From NCBI GenBank assembly GCA_044226015.1, contig JBGAHS010000011.1, positions 32,001 through 96,000 of the forward strand: a stretch of 64,000 nt of DNA, given 5' to 3'. Below, piece by piece: positions 40,990 to 50,992 of this stretch (the stretch's first letter is position 1; each line of letters opens with the position of its first letter). The position numbers were made by a program, and so were the translations under genes. This DNA comes from Candidatus Obscuribacteraceae bacterium. Lineage in GTDB: Bacteria; Cyanobacteriota; Vampirovibrionia; Obscuribacterales; Obscuribacteraceae. Below the pieces are notes generated by a model. The model did not search any database. It had not been told where the DNA came from and saw only the letters and a program-made list of their open reading frames with translations.

Positions 40990-41150
40990 GAACTAACCTC
41001 TGCTTGAGATTTCCAAAATTTGGCAATGCGAATGGCTCATTCCAACATTCGCATTCATCGTTTGAATAGGTCGAGGCTTCAGACATGCGCTCAAAATTTT
41101 GATAGCAGCCATATGACCCCTTGACATAAACGATATCTACTAAATGCGGA

Positions 41151-41164
41151 CTGATCTTGATCAA
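41151..41164 (-). promoter_or_regulatory. FNR/Crp-family binding site candidate
   Basis: TTGAT-caag-ATCAG on minus, 9/10 match to TTGAT-N4-ATCAA, ~160 nt upstream of ccoN. Confidence 0.6.
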
Positions 41165-41536
41165 ACAAAATTATTGCAGCGTGGCAAAATCTCTTTTATT
41201 GAAAGAGCTTATTTGCGATACAAAGCGTAACGCTCGAAAGAGCTTTTGTCCAGCGGTTTTTCAGGCTTTGCCGTTGTCAGTTAGCCACATTTGCAATTAT
41301 CTTTCCTTTATTTTGGTTTTCATCTGACCCAAATAGTCTAATGAAAAAGTCCACTTGACTTAGCATCTTTTCAGCGAAGAACCGCCTCATTCGCGCATCA
41401 TGAGAAACTGACCAGTATCGAAATTGATGTCCATGAGACGCTGCTCAGAAAGCTACTTATTTAGCCCGTTCACAAACCCTTGTCAAACACATTTTGGTAA
41501 CCAAGGGAATGCGTGATATCAAATATGGTGCATATA

Positions 41537-41722
41537 TTATTCACAACCAAGTTTTTTACTCCATTCGACCTGCTTGGCGAGTTCAAGCAGTATCCTGAGG
41601 TCACATATAAGCTCAGATATGTACTTCATTCGCTCTCCAGACGTATATCTGCAACGCGGATACAGGACGTCGAGAAGAACTGCATAAGATACAGAATCGG
41701 GTACTTCTTCTGGGACTTCCAT
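41537..41722 (-). CDS. Small hypothetical protein (61 aa)
   Basis: GAAAGGAGG RBS before ATG 41722. Confidence 0.5.
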   Translation of the reverse strand: MEVPEEVPDSVSYAVLLDVLYPRCRYTSGERMKYISELICDLRILLELAKQVEWSKKLGCE

Positions 41723-41783
41723 GGCTCCTCCTTTCTTATATGAACAGGATCTTTGAATCATAGGCACCATAAGCGGTGCGATA

Positions 41784-42533
41784 TTAGTGTGCATCTCTCC
41801 CTTCTGCTGATTCCCGTTCGTCATGATTGCAACTACCCTGCAGAATTGAAATGACTATTACGGCAATGCTTGCTCCAAACAAAGGAGCAAACAGGTAAAT
41901 CCACCAATCAGTGTAATTGCCTGCTAATATCGCTGGACCCAAAGTTCTGGCAGGGTTCATTCCCGCACCACTAATTGGCTCAGCAATGATGTGTCCTACA
42001 AGAATTGCAAATGCAACAGCTATAGCAGCGTTACTTCCAGTAACTTTATGCTTGTTAGCAGTTCCCAAAATAACTAAAAGGAGTACACAAGATGCCAACG
42101 ATTCAGCAAAGAATCGTTGCCACTCAAGAAACGAATCGTGACGCGAAACCAGGTCGGATTGACCACTCAGTAAGAAAACAAACAATGAAGCAATTATTGC
42201 CCCTGTAAATTGTGCAGCCACGTAAGGAAAAACTTTCCAAACAGGAAATGCTCTTCTGATGGCAAAGGAATAGGTAACAGCCGGGTTAAAGTGAGCACCG
42301 GACGTATTTCCGACGGCTAAGATCAAAGCTCCAACAACCAGCGGAGTTCCGCAAATAGCCTCAAAATGTGATAACAATGACTGACTGTATAGCACGGACG
42401 GTAGCACCGCTGACAGAGTCAAGACCAGGGTACCCACCAGCTCTGCGATGAGACTTCTCCAGAGGGGAATTGGAGCCTCATCCTCCTTGTGAACTGTCTT
42501 CTCAAGTTTACTTTGAAATATGACCGTGGACAT
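41784..42533 (-). CDS. Aquaporin/MIP channel
   Basis: SGAHFNPAVT and GAGMNPART. Confidence 0.93.
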   Translation of the reverse strand: MSTVIFQSKLEKTVHKEDEAPIPLWRSLIAELVGTLVLTLSAVLPSVLYSQSLLSHFEAICGTPLVVGALILAVGNTSGAHFNPAVTYSFAIRRAFPVWKVFPYVAAQFTGAIIASLFVFLLSGQSDLVSRHDSFLEWQRFFAESLASCVLLLVILGTANKHKVTGSNAAIAVAFAILVGHIIAEPISGAGMNPARTLGPAILAGNYTDWWIYLFAPLFGASIAVIVISILQGSCNHDERESAEGRDAH

Positions 42534-42561
42534 CTTTCACTAACCTATTTGCCGACAGAAC

Positions 42562-42589
42562 TGAGACTCAAGATTTTGGGCTTTGTTCC
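42562..42589 (-). promoter_or_regulatory. ECF-type promoter of the aquaporin gene
   Basis: GGAAC-N17-GTCTCA. Confidence 0.65.
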
Positions 42590-42660
42590 AACAAAGCAGC
42601 AAAGGCGAGCTTTTCACCTGTTTTACAAATTCTAAAATTGACAAGTCTGAGCGAGTTAAG

Positions 42661-43212
42661 TCAAGTTACTTGCTTCTTGCAAAACTTCTTTTGAGCTTTT
42701 CTTAAAAGACTCTCCGCTTCTTTGGGTCCTCTCCAGCCGAGTACTTTGAACTCACGACCCTTTGTCATATTGCTGAACTTGAAAAATAACGATATGTCTT
42801 CGCAAACGTTGCTTGGAAGCTCTGACCAATCCTTGAAGTTAGCAAAAAACACAGAGTGTGCATGTACTGCAAGAAGTCTGTCATTTCGAATGCTTCGATT
42901 AGGCTCCGTTTGCACAGCCTCGAGGACTCCAATCAGCCTTACTTCAATTGTGCATCCGGGAGCACAAAATTGGTCCATAAAAATGATAACGTCAAGCGGA
43001 TCACCATCCTCTGCAAGCGTATCGGGCACAAAGCCAAAGTCAAATGGATATGTTAGTCCACCTTTCAAAGTAGCTTCGAATTGTAATTTTCTTGATTTCG
43101 AGTCGTACTTATACTTATTTCTGCTGTTTCTGGGGGTTTCTATCAGCACCGTAAGTTTTCCGTCTTCAACAGCAGTCATCATTTCATTGCTTTTTTTCTT
43201 TGTCTTTGGCAT
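42661..43212 (-). CDS. ppa: Inorganic pyrophosphatase (family I)
   Basis: NKYKY, YPFDFG, DGDPLD, RNDRL. Confidence 0.9.
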   Translation of the reverse strand: MPKTKKKSNEMMTAVEDGKLTVLIETPRNSRNKYKYDSKSRKLQFEATLKGGLTYPFDFGFVPDTLAEDGDPLDVIIFMDQFCAPGCTIEVRLIGVLEAVQTEPNRSIRNDRLLAVHAHSVFFANFKDWSELPSNVCEDISLFFKFSNMTKGREFKVLGWRGPKEAESLLRKAQKKFCKKQVT

Positions 43213-43244
43213 GCAATCCTCCAGCTCCGAAGCTAACTGTCAAA

Positions 43245-43272
43245 TGTGACTCTGCCATGGAGAAAAGGTTGC
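43245..43272 (-). promoter_or_regulatory. Variant ECF-type promoter of ppa
   Basis: GCAAC-N17-GTCACA. Confidence 0.45.
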
Positions 43273-43313
43273 ACCAGATTCCAAAATTGGCATGGAGGAA
43301 CAGCAAATAACAT

Positions 43314-44081
43314 TTAGCGTCCCTTTTTCTTCTTTGCTGTACTAGTAGTCTGGCGTCCTTTTTTGGGCGTGGACGCTTTACGTGTAGTTTTCTTGGCAGT
43401 GCTCGCTTTGTGAACACCTATCTTTGCGCTGGTTGATTTGCTTTTTGTTGCTCCAGTGACTCTCTTCGGAGACGAAGATTTCGATCTGGTTGATTTCTTC
43501 GGTCCCGGTTTAGAAGATGTGGATTTGCGACTGCTACCGGACGTTTTGGTGCCGCGGCTCGAGGCAGATTTCGCACCCGATGATTTTTTTGCGGCAGTTT
43601 TTCTGGTACTTGTGGATTTTCGAGTTCCCTTCTTAGCTGTGCCCGATTTAGTTCTTGTACGTCCAGAATTTTTTGTTGTCTTTTTTGCCGTTCCCGACTT
43701 AGTGCTGCCGGATTTTGATTTGGAACTAGACTTCTTGCTAGTGGATTTCTTGCGAGGTGCCCGTTTATGCTTTGATTCGCCTTCGCTAGCTGAATCTTCA
43801 TCTTTGTTCTCATCTGCAGTGGGAGCTCTTCTACGCCCGGTCTTTCTCGTTTCCGCAGCATTTCTGCCACTGGATTTACGCGATTTTTTCTTTTCCCCTT
43901 CGGATTTTTCAGTACCACTTCCTCCTTCTTTTTCGCCACCACCACTTTGTTTATTGACTGTAGCCCAAGCACGTTTTTCGGCTTCGCCTTCACTTACTCC
44001 CTTTTCTTCATAGCTTTCTTCAATGTGCTCGGCTTGCCGCTTTTGCTTTTCCGTATATTTGTCTTTATCACCACGTGGCAT
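43314..44081 (-). CDS. Stress-associated protein with PRGDK...AWATVNK head and Lys/Ser-rich histone-H1-like tail
   Basis: MPRGDKDKYTEKQKRQAEHIE...AWATVNKQSGGG; GGAGG RBS. Confidence 0.8.
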   Translation of the reverse strand: MPRGDKDKYTEKQKRQAEHIEESYEEKGVSEGEAEKRAWATVNKQSGGGEKEGGSGTEKSEGEKKKSRKSSGRNAAETRKTGRRRAPTADENKDEDSASEGESKHKRAPRKKSTSKKSSSKSKSGSTKSGTAKKTTKNSGRTRTKSGTAKKGTRKSTSTRKTAAKKSSGAKSASSRGTKTSGSSRKSTSSKPGPKKSTRSKSSSPKRVTGATKSKSTSAKIGVHKASTAKKTTRKASTPKKGRQTTSTAKKKKGR

Positions 44082-44116
44082 TTAAACGGTCCTCCGATAA
44101 AAATACTCGACAGAGC

Positions 44117-44144
44117 TGAGACGAAAGAGTGACATATCTGTTCC
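44117..44144 (-). promoter_or_regulatory. ECF-type promoter
   Basis: GGAAC-N17-GTCTCA. Confidence 0.65.
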
Positions 44145-44219
44145 GCTCCTAGCTCTGTAAAGAATGCAGCGAACAAAATCTGGCGCTAGAATTAATATAT
44201 AAGATATCGGAACATCAGA

Positions 44220-44849
44220 ATGTATAAGAACAGATCCGAAGCTGGACAAAAGCTCACAGAAGGACTGCAGTTCCTGCAAAACACAGCGGATGCTATCGTT
44301 TTGGCACTTCCGCGTGGAGGAGTGCCGGTAGCTTACGAAATAGCTAAAACGCTCAAGCTTCCTCTGAATATATTTCTTGTGAGAAAGTTGGGAGTACCCG
44401 GCCATCGCGAGTTGGCGATGGGTGCCATTGCCAGCGGTGGCATAACAATTTTGAACGAAGCACTGATTTCCGAATTACACATATCAGCCTCTGAGATCGA
44501 ACGAGTAAAAACGGAAGAAATAGCAGAACTTGAAAGACGAAATCAACTCTATGGTACTTCCCAAAAGCAACCGTTACTTAAAGAGCAAACAGTAGTTTTA
44601 GTTGATGACGGATTAGCCACAGGCGCTTCGATGAAAGCAGCAATCACTGCCCTGAGACAAACTGCCCCAAACCGCTTGATTGTCGCAGTTCCAGTTGGGG
44701 CTCCCGATATTTGCGAAGAACTGCGCAAGCAAGTATCCATGCTTGTTTGTCCGCTTCGCCCACCATATTTTAGTTCCGTCGGGGAATGGTATGAAGACTT
44801 TTCGCAGACCACCGATGAAGAGGTACAAGTACTCCTTGCACGATCCTAA
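44220..44849 (+). CDS. Phosphoribosyltransferase family protein
   Basis: LPRGGVPVA, VDDGLATG. Confidence 0.9.
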   Translation: MYKNRSEAGQKLTEGLQFLQNTADAIVLALPRGGVPVAYEIAKTLKLPLNIFLVRKLGVPGHRELAMGAIASGGITILNEALISELHISASEIERVKTEEIAELERRNQLYGTSQKQPLLKEQTVVLVDDGLATGASMKAAITALRQTAPNRLIVAVPVGAPDICEELRKQVSMLVCPLRPPYFSSVGEWYEDFSQTTDEEVQVLLARS

Positions 44850-45379
44850 ATCACAAAATCATTTGTAACGCCGACGACTGTGACACCATGGGATTGGACG
44901 TAGTCAATAATTTTCTTGGCAACGTCGCTTCTAAATGACCAGAGCGGAATTCGCACGTCGTCCTTTTTGCCATGCAAAAGTAGATTTCTTGACTCTGGCA
45001 ACTCGTAATAGTCGGCTGTCTTAACGTCAGTCAAGAGAACTTGTTGAATACTTCGCGCCCGCTCAAGCTCGTCGTAAGCCGCCAGGCTCAATAAATCCCC
45101 ATCTAGCGAAAGCACATAATGTTCATCTTTCTCCTTGATCCACTTAAAGCATTTGAAAAGCAGTACGAATCCAATTGTGCAAAGGAAAAGCAATACAAGA
45201 GCTGCAGTCGAAGCAGAATGTCGTGCAATAATTCCGGCTTCCATCAAAGCAATGCCCGACAGCAACCAGAATGAAGCAATACCCGTAATTACAGGAATCA
45301 TCCCGATATGCCTATCGCATTGACGTGAGCGGAATCTGAGTTTCTTTCCAATCGACGTAGTCACAGCTATATTCTCCAA
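44846..45379 (-). CDS. Membrane hypothetical protein
   Basis: Two TMs then a soluble domain; start uncertain. Confidence 0.55.
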   Translation of the reverse strand: MENIAVTTSIGKKLRFRSRQCDRHIGMIPVITGIASFWLLSGIALMEAGIIARHSASTAALVLLFLCTIGFVLLFKCFKWIKEKDEHYVLSLDGDLLSLAAYDELERARSIQQVLLTDVKTADYYELPESRNLLLHGKKDDVRIPLWSFRSDVAKKIIDYVQSHGVTVVGVTNDFVI

Positions 45380-45392
45380 TTATGTTTGATCT

Positions 45393-45420
45393 GAAGACTG
45401 AGCTGAGTGAATTTCGTTCC
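45393..45420 (-). promoter_or_regulatory. ECF-type promoter
   Basis: GGAAC-N17-GTCTTC. Confidence 0.6.
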
Positions 45421-45603
45421 GAGCATGTAAGCTATTCCCAAAAGGCAGGCGCTGACGATGTTATGCGCCACCACTTCACAACGACGAAAGTCGTTGTGGA
45501 TTTCCTTATTATCGCTAGCGTTAGACCTAGCATCGAAAAAAGAAGGCTCTCACATGATTTATGCTGAACCGCTCAGATATTTTTTCTAGGTCATGGAGGT
45601 CTC

Positions 45604-47808
45604 ATGAAGCAAACAAACTCTGTCCATATAGGAATTGCAGTCAGTTTAGTAATGTGCTTACAATCCGCTCAATTAATATACGCAGCGACAGAGAGTGTCT
45701 CTGGAAATATTCCTGCCAAAGGCACCGATAAACAAGGTACTGCTGCTGGCAGCACCGGCAGTGGTGGCGAATTGCATCAAACATCCGGAGCTGATCTTCC
45801 AAGCTTAACGACACAACAAGGTACGACTGTTTCTGATGATCAAAACTCACTGAAAGCCGGCTCTCGCGGACCTACGATACTTGAAGATTTTGTCGGCCGT
45901 GAAAAGCTTTTTCACTTCGATCATGAAAGAATTCCAGAGCGAGTTGTCCATGCACGTGGCTTCGGAGTACACGGATTTTTCGAGACTTACAAATCACTTT
46001 CAGACCTCACTAAAGCAGATATTTTTAAACGAGCTGGAGAAAAGACGCCTGTATTCGTAAGGTTCTCCACTGTCGCAGGAAATAAGGGATCGGTCGACCT
46101 GGCAAGAGATGTTCGAGGTTTTGCAGTTAAGTTTTACACAAAGGAAGGCAATTGGGATCTCGTTGGCAATAACATTCCCGTATTCTTCATTCAAGACGGC
46201 ATGAAATTCCCTGACCTTGTTCATGCAGCCAAACAAGAGCCAGACAGAGGATTTCCTCAAGCTCAAACTGCACACGACAATTTTTGGGATTTTATTTCGT
46301 TGACACCTGAATCAATGAACATGATTATGTGGGTCATGTCCGATCGTGCCATACCAAGATCATTTCGCTTTATGGAAGGTTTTGGAGTGCATACATTCCG
46401 GCTGGTTAACGCAAACGGAAAGAGCACCTTCGTAAAATTTCACTGGAAGCCAAAGCAAGGAATGCAATCAGTATTGTGGAATGAAGCAGTTAAAATAAAT
46501 GGCGCAGATCCTGACTTTCATAGACGAGACATGTGGAATGCAATTCAAGAAGGTCATTATCCCGAGTGGGAACTGGGAATGCAATTATTCGATGAAGACT
46601 TTGCCAAAAGATTCGATTTTGATGTTCTTGATGCAACCAAGATAATTCCAGAAGAGCTAATTCCTATACAGAAAGTTGGTCGTCTCGTTCTGAACAGAAC
46701 AGTGGATAATTTCTTCGCTGAAACTGAACAAGCAGCGTTCTGTACTCAAAATATAGTACCGGGTATAGATTTCACTGATGACCCTCTTTTGCAATTGAGA
46801 AACTTTTCGTATCTCGATACTCAACTGAAGAGATTGGGCTCACCGAACTTTACGCATTTGCCTATAAATGCACCAAAATGTCCCGTCTTCAACTTCCAAC
46901 AAGATGGGCATATGGCAATGACTAATCCAAAAGGCAGAATTAATTACGAACCGAATTCCTGGGGTGGCCCGCGCGAGAACTCAGAAAATGGATTTAAGTC
47001 ATTTCCCGAAGAAGTTTCAGGCACAAAACAAAGGAGTCGTTCAGAAACTTTTGCTGATCACTACAGCCAAGCCAGGCAATTTTATATCAGCCAGACGCCA
47101 GTTGAACAAGACCACATAGCAGATGCTCTTGTTTTCGAACTCTCGCGTGTCGAGAATCCCAATATCCGCGTGAGAATAGTCAGCCACCTTGAAAATATTG
47201 ATACTGGACTGGCACGTAAGGTCGCAGACGGGTTAGGACTGAAGCAACTGCCAGAAGCGGCTAAGGCTGCAAGACCAACAAAAATGGATTTGCCTCAATC
47301 TCCAGCTTTGAGCATTTTGAAAAATGGACCTAGCTCATTCAAGGATAGAAAGCTCGGTATTTTTGTCTCAGATGGTATAGATAGTAAGCAATTCAATTCT
47401 TTGAAAGCAGCAGCGGAAAAAGAAGGTGCTGACGTTGCTGTAATCGCACCAACTATCAGTGGGGTCACCACCAGCGATGGCGTCCACATTGGAGCAGACT
47501 TCAAAATAAATGGTGGTCCATCTGTTCTCTTCGACTCTGTTGCATTACTTATGTCCAACGATGGCGCCGCGAAACTAGCTAGTGAATCAACTGCAAAAGA
47601 CTTTGTGTCCGATGCCTTCGCGCATCTAAAAGTAATCGGTTATAACGAAGCGGCCCTAACACTACTTGCAAAAGCAGGCGTGCCCGCTAACGATGAAGGA
47701 ATCATTCAACTAAATGGAGCAGACACAGTAAATACTTTCATTGACAACTGCAGAAAGATCAAAATCTGGAGCCGCCAAGCGAAAGTGAAGATGGCCTCAA
47801 ACATCTAA
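45604..47808 (+). CDS. katE: Large-subunit heme catalase (HPII type)
   Basis: [30 protein letters not shown]-terminal GATase-like domain. Confidence 0.95.
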   Translation: MKQTNSVHIGIAVSLVMCLQSAQLIYAATESVSGNIPAKGTDKQGTAAGSTGSGGELHQTSGADLPSLTTQQGTTVSDDQNSLKAGSRGPTILEDFVGREKLFHFDHERIPERVVHARGFGVHGFFETYKSLSDLTKADIFKRAGEKTPVFVRFSTVAGNKGSVDLARDVRGFAVKFYTKEGNWDLVGNNIPVFFIQDGMKFPDLVHAAKQEPDRGFPQAQTAHDNFWDFISLTPESMNMIMWVMSDRAIPRSFRFMEGFGVHTFRLVNANGKSTFVKFHWKPKQGMQSVLWNEAVKINGADPDFHRRDMWNAIQEGHYPEWELGMQLFDEDFAKRFDFDVLDATKIIPEELIPIQKVGRLVLNRTVDNFFAETEQAAFCTQNIVPGIDFTDDPLLQLRNFSYLDTQLKRLGSPNFTHLPINAPKCPVFNFQQDGHMAMTNPKGRINYEPNSWGGPRENSENGFKSFPEEVSGTKQRSRSETFADHYSQARQFYISQTPVEQDHIADALVFELSRVENPNIRVRIVSHLENIDTGLARKVADGLGLKQLPEAAKAARPTKMDLPQSPALSILKNGPSSFKDRKLGIFVSDGIDSKQFNSLKAAAEKEGADVAVIAPTISGVTTSDGVHIGADFKINGGPSVLFDSVALLMSNDGAAKLASESTAKDFVSDAFAHLKVIGYNEAALTLLAKAGVPANDEGIIQLNGADTVNTFIDNCRKIKIWSRQAKVKMASNI

Positions 47809-47844
47809 AGCTAGCAAGCAAAGTTTTCAGAACAAAACGAACCC

Positions 47845-47889
47845 CAAAAGAGAAGAAGCTGAGGCATATGACTCAGCTCCTTCTCTTTG
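47845..47889. terminator. Bidirectional terminator between katE and the DUF4142 gene
   Basis: AAAGAGAAGAAGCTGAG / CTCAGCTCCTTCTCTTT. Confidence 0.7.
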
Positions 47890-47906
47890 TATATAACGCA
47901 AGACTA

Positions 47907-48425
47907 TTATTTTGCAGCGACTTTATCCACGTCCTTCGCCATCTGCAAATGATGCTCAAGGGTTGGGAGCGTCTTCTTCGCCCATGACGTTAAGTCAGCG
48001 TCGCCACCAGACTTATTGCAGCGATCGCGGAATGCCTGAACAACCTTTTCGTGATCTTTGACCATATGGTCCATATAAGTCTTATCAAATTCCTTTCCAC
48101 TTAATCCTGAGAGCTTAGTTTCTAACTCTTTCTGGTCTGAAACAAGGTCAGCTGGCAAAGCCTCAGACTTTTTGCTGGCCAGCGCTTTTAATTCATTTGA
48201 AGCCTTAGTATGATCGTTGATCATTTCCTTAGCAAAATTTTTGACACTTGCTTTTTCCGCTTTAGCCTCAGCTAGATTTCCAAGTTCAACCTCTAGTTTT
48301 CCTGCACGTGCTGCCAGAGCCATGAAATCCTTATCTGCAGCGCTTAACTGTGTTGCAAATACAGGTGCTGTAAAAGAAAGCACCATCAAAGAACTAAGCA
48401 AAAGTTTGCCTTTCATTACAATCAC
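47907..48425 (-). CDS. DUF4142 ferritin-like exported protein
   Basis: Signal peptide, MINDH, FDKTY, MVKDH, LPTLEHHL. Confidence 0.88.
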   Translation of the reverse strand: MIVMKGKLLLSSLMVLSFTAPVFATQLSAADKDFMALAARAGKLEVELGNLAEAKAEKASVKNFAKEMINDHTKASNELKALASKKSEALPADLVSDQKELETKLSGLSGKEFDKTYMDHMVKDHEKVVQAFRDRCNKSGGDADLTSWAKKTLPTLEHHLQMAKDVDKVAAK

Positions 48426-48480
48426 TCCTATGTAAAACTAGAAGGCAGAAGCACTTGCCTCTGCCTTCATTTCCTCTGAC

Positions 48481-49269
48481 CTAGCCTAACTTGCTCGTAC
48501 TTGAACTCAAGACTGAGCTCGTACTACCAAGCCTTGCCTCTCCAAACACGTCGGGGTTGATGCGAAGAAGGTTCTGAACATTCTTTACTCCAAAAACGTC
48601 CTCTGCAATTTCTTCAATCAATCGTTTATCAGCGCGATCTGAAACCATGCCTTTCAGAGTGACATCGCCATCTTTAACTTCAATCAATACTTCTCTTGCG
48701 TCGATATCCAGGTGACGATCAATACGTTCATGGATATCATCTGAAATACGATCGTCACTACGCTTATAGTTACGCGGACCTTTCTTGCCACGTTCATATC
48801 GTTGCAAGCGGTCATTGTAGCTACTGGTCAAAGACCCACCAGCGGCATTAACGAATTCACTGTCTCTGCCCCGTGGCTCGCCACCCCAGTTTCCTGGGTA
48901 ATAGCTTTCATCGTCATATCTCGAACCATATCGGTCGGTCAGAGAACCGCGATAATTGTTGCTGCTACGTTCATTAGTTCTTCTATGCCAAGAAGGCTCA
49001 CTTTCTCTCCAGGGCGATTCAAAATATCGATACGATGATGAGCCTACCTGGCTTCCGTAACGCGCGGGATATTGTGATGCACCGTAGCCCTCAGCATAAT
49101 TGCTGTAACGATCTTGCCTTTCATGATCAGCTTTATCGATATTGCGGCGACGCTCGGCATCTTCATCGCCGAACCAGGAAGCTACTTCATCTTTGGTTTT
49201 GTCAAACCAACCACGTTCATGACCATAGCGACACCAACGTTCATAGTCCTCTCTGTCTTTGAAATTCAT
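48481..49269 (-). CDS. BON-domain protein with SWFGD motif
   Basis: VASWFGDEDAERRR; KGPRNYKRSDDRI, GDVTLKG, GVKNVQNLL. Confidence 0.88.
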   Translation of the reverse strand: MNFKDREDYERWCRYGHERGWFDKTKDEVASWFGDEDAERRRNIDKADHERQDRYSNYAEGYGASQYPARYGSQVGSSSYRYFESPWRESEPSWHRRTNERSSNNYRGSLTDRYGSRYDDESYYPGNWGGEPRGRDSEFVNAAGGSLTSSYNDRLQRYERGKKGPRNYKRSDDRISDDIHERIDRHLDIDAREVLIEVKDGDVTLKGMVSDRADKRLIEEIAEDVFGVKNVQNLLRINPDVFGEARLGSTSSVLSSSTSKLG

Positions 49270-49450
49270 AAATTATCCTCAGCAAAAAAACGATGCTGTG
49301 ACGCCGCACAGCTTCGAGGGAAGTAAAATTGATCCATTGGGCTAAAGTATACCAACGCTCAACTGACGAAAAGAAAAACACTGGGGTTTTCCACTAGAAG
49401 AAGAGCAGGAACCCGAAAGACAGTTGTTTCAAAAATCCTTTGTGATAAAC

Positions 49451-49481
49451 AAAAGTGAAGCACCGTCACTGGTGCTTCACT
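49451..49481 (-). terminator. Intrinsic terminator
   Basis: AGTGAAGCACC / GGTGCTTCACT followed by a T-run on the minus strand. Confidence 0.65.
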
Positions 49482-49501
49482 CTCCACTATGCAGTATTTA
49501 A

Positions 49502-49750
49502 TTAGGCGCCTCTCGTACCAAATTTATCCGAGCCAGCATCCTCTTGCTTGTTATCATCTGCATCGACAACGTAATCAGAGGGTTTATCGAAGACCTTTCC
49601 ACTTTTCTTTTTATTCATACCCTGCTCTTTAACTTCTTTCGGGCTTGAGGAATTAGCGTTGTGCTTCATGGCTTTTTCCTCGGAGCAAGTTTTGTGCTCA
49701 GCCTCAGTAGCTGGGTTCAATTTGCAAGATTGATCCTTTTTGTCTGACAT
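49502..49750 (-). CDS. Small hydrophilic protein
   Basis: AAGGAG RBS, charged 82 aa. Confidence 0.6.
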   Translation of the reverse strand: MSDKKDQSCKLNPATEAEHKTCSEEKAMKHNANSSSPKEVKEQGMNKKKSGKVFDKPSDYVVDADDNKQEDAGSDKFGTRGA

Positions 49751-49783
49751 ACTTTCTCCTTTTTGTATTTGACTGATGAAGTG

Positions 49784-50356
49784 TTAGCTAGCTTTACGCG
49801 TAAGCTTTTTTCGTCCACGCATGGCAGCTGAACTAGTTTTGGTACTTCGTACCTTTTTGCTGCTTTTAGCACGGGCTTTGAGTTGTTTTTTCATAGCCTT
49901 TATGTCTTCTGCCATTTTGTTCAAATCAGCATCCGATTTCTCAAGTTGAGGCAGCATTTCGCCTTCCTCTTCTTTCACGTGATGTTGTACGATTTCCTTG
50001 AGTACTTTAACCTTCGCCTCAATTTCATCAGTTATTCGCGTGGTGTTCTTCAATTCGCGAAGAAGAAACTTAACTACATGGTGTTCCTGAATGGCCTCTC
50101 CGGCCATCTCATGTTCTACCTTATCTAGAACAGGGTAAACAACTTTTTCTTCGACCTTCGCATGTACTGTCAGCTCATCAATAATTGTCTTAATTAGCTT
50201 GCGCTTGTCAGCTGTACCATCGGACTCTTCGAACTTGGAAAACAATGATTCCACGACCCTATGGTCATGCTTCAGAAGCTCTACCGCATTATTCGGAGCT
50301 GCCTCTTCTACATTGTTTGGTGATACCAGAGAATTAATAAAATCAACTATACTCAT
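49784..50356 (-). CDS. Hemerythrin-like domain protein
   Basis: LKHDH, HAKVEE, QEHH, HHVKEEE; GGAGGA supports the MSIVDF start. Confidence 0.85.
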   Translation of the reverse strand: MSIVDFINSLVSPNNVEEAAPNNAVELLKHDHRVVESLFSKFEESDGTADKRKLIKTIIDELTVHAKVEEKVVYPVLDKVEHEMAGEAIQEHHVVKFLLRELKNTTRITDEIEAKVKVLKEIVQHHVKEEEGEMLPQLEKSDADLNKMAEDIKAMKKQLKARAKSSKKVRSTKTSSAAMRGRKKLTRKAS

Positions 50357-50366
50357 TGTTCCTCCA

Positions 50367-50792
50367 CTATTCTTCTCGTCGACCAAATTCATCGTTCTCG
50401 GACCCAATAGAAGCTTCATTGAAGGACTCTTCGTCAGCTCCTGGTCCCTTATCGCTCTCAATTTTTCCAGCTTCTTCTTTTTTGACTCCACTGGATGCTT
50501 GAGGACTATTACCGCATGACTCTGCAAGCACCTTCTCAGCGCTTTCCATATCCAAGCCGCTTTCGTCAGCGGTCGCTAAAACTTCATCGGCTGCTGCTTT
50601 GGCATCATCATCAGAACTCTCGTCAGCAAGTATTTCCGTTGCTTTTTCCAAAGTCATACCAGTAGAATCTTTTGCAGCTAGCAACTGCTCTGCACAGCAT
50701 TCCTTGCTAATTTTTTCATTTTCTTCTTTTCCAGAAGACATTGACTCCTTATTGCAATTCGATTCCTTTTTGAAATCATCCTTATTTCCCAT
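50367..50792 (-). CDS. Acidic hydrophilic protein
   Basis: GGAGGAG RBS; internal repeat GMTLEKATEILA / GLDMESAEKVLA. Confidence 0.6.
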   Translation of the reverse strand: MGNKDDFKKESNCNKESMSSGKEENEKISKECCAEQLLAAKDSTGMTLEKATEILADESSDDDAKAAADEVLATADESGLDMESAEKVLAESCGNSPQASSGVKKEEAGKIESDKGPGADEESFNEASIGSENDEFGRREE

Positions 50793-50851
50793 TTTTTCAT
50801 CTCCTCCGTCGCACAATAAAAAGGCAACTCGCGTAAAAATTTGAATGACTA

Positions 50852-50879
50852 AGGGACTGCAATGCTTCGGCTTAGTTCC
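50852..50879 (-). promoter_or_regulatory. ECF-type promoter
   Basis: GGAAC-N17-GTCCCT. Confidence 0.6.
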
Positions 50880-50992
50880 ATTGCAGCCTATTTGAGGAAT
50901 TCTATGTCAGCAAAAGCACGCATGAGCTAAGGAACTTTCCAGCTGCCTGAGCGCCAGTGAACAAGTGCCCCATTTGCGCTCGAAGGATCACC

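Noticed and set aside
43418..44013. Two 191-aa alternative-frame ORFs
   Set aside because: By-products of low-complexity sequence in the basic-tail gene
50357..50527. N-terminal extension of the hemerythrin ORF
   Set aside because: Overlaps the upstream gene; a strong RBS supports the start at 50356
50931..50958. Further ECF promoter before the 50993 gene
   Set aside because: GGAAC is present but the N17 position reads GCC, not GTC; too weak to call
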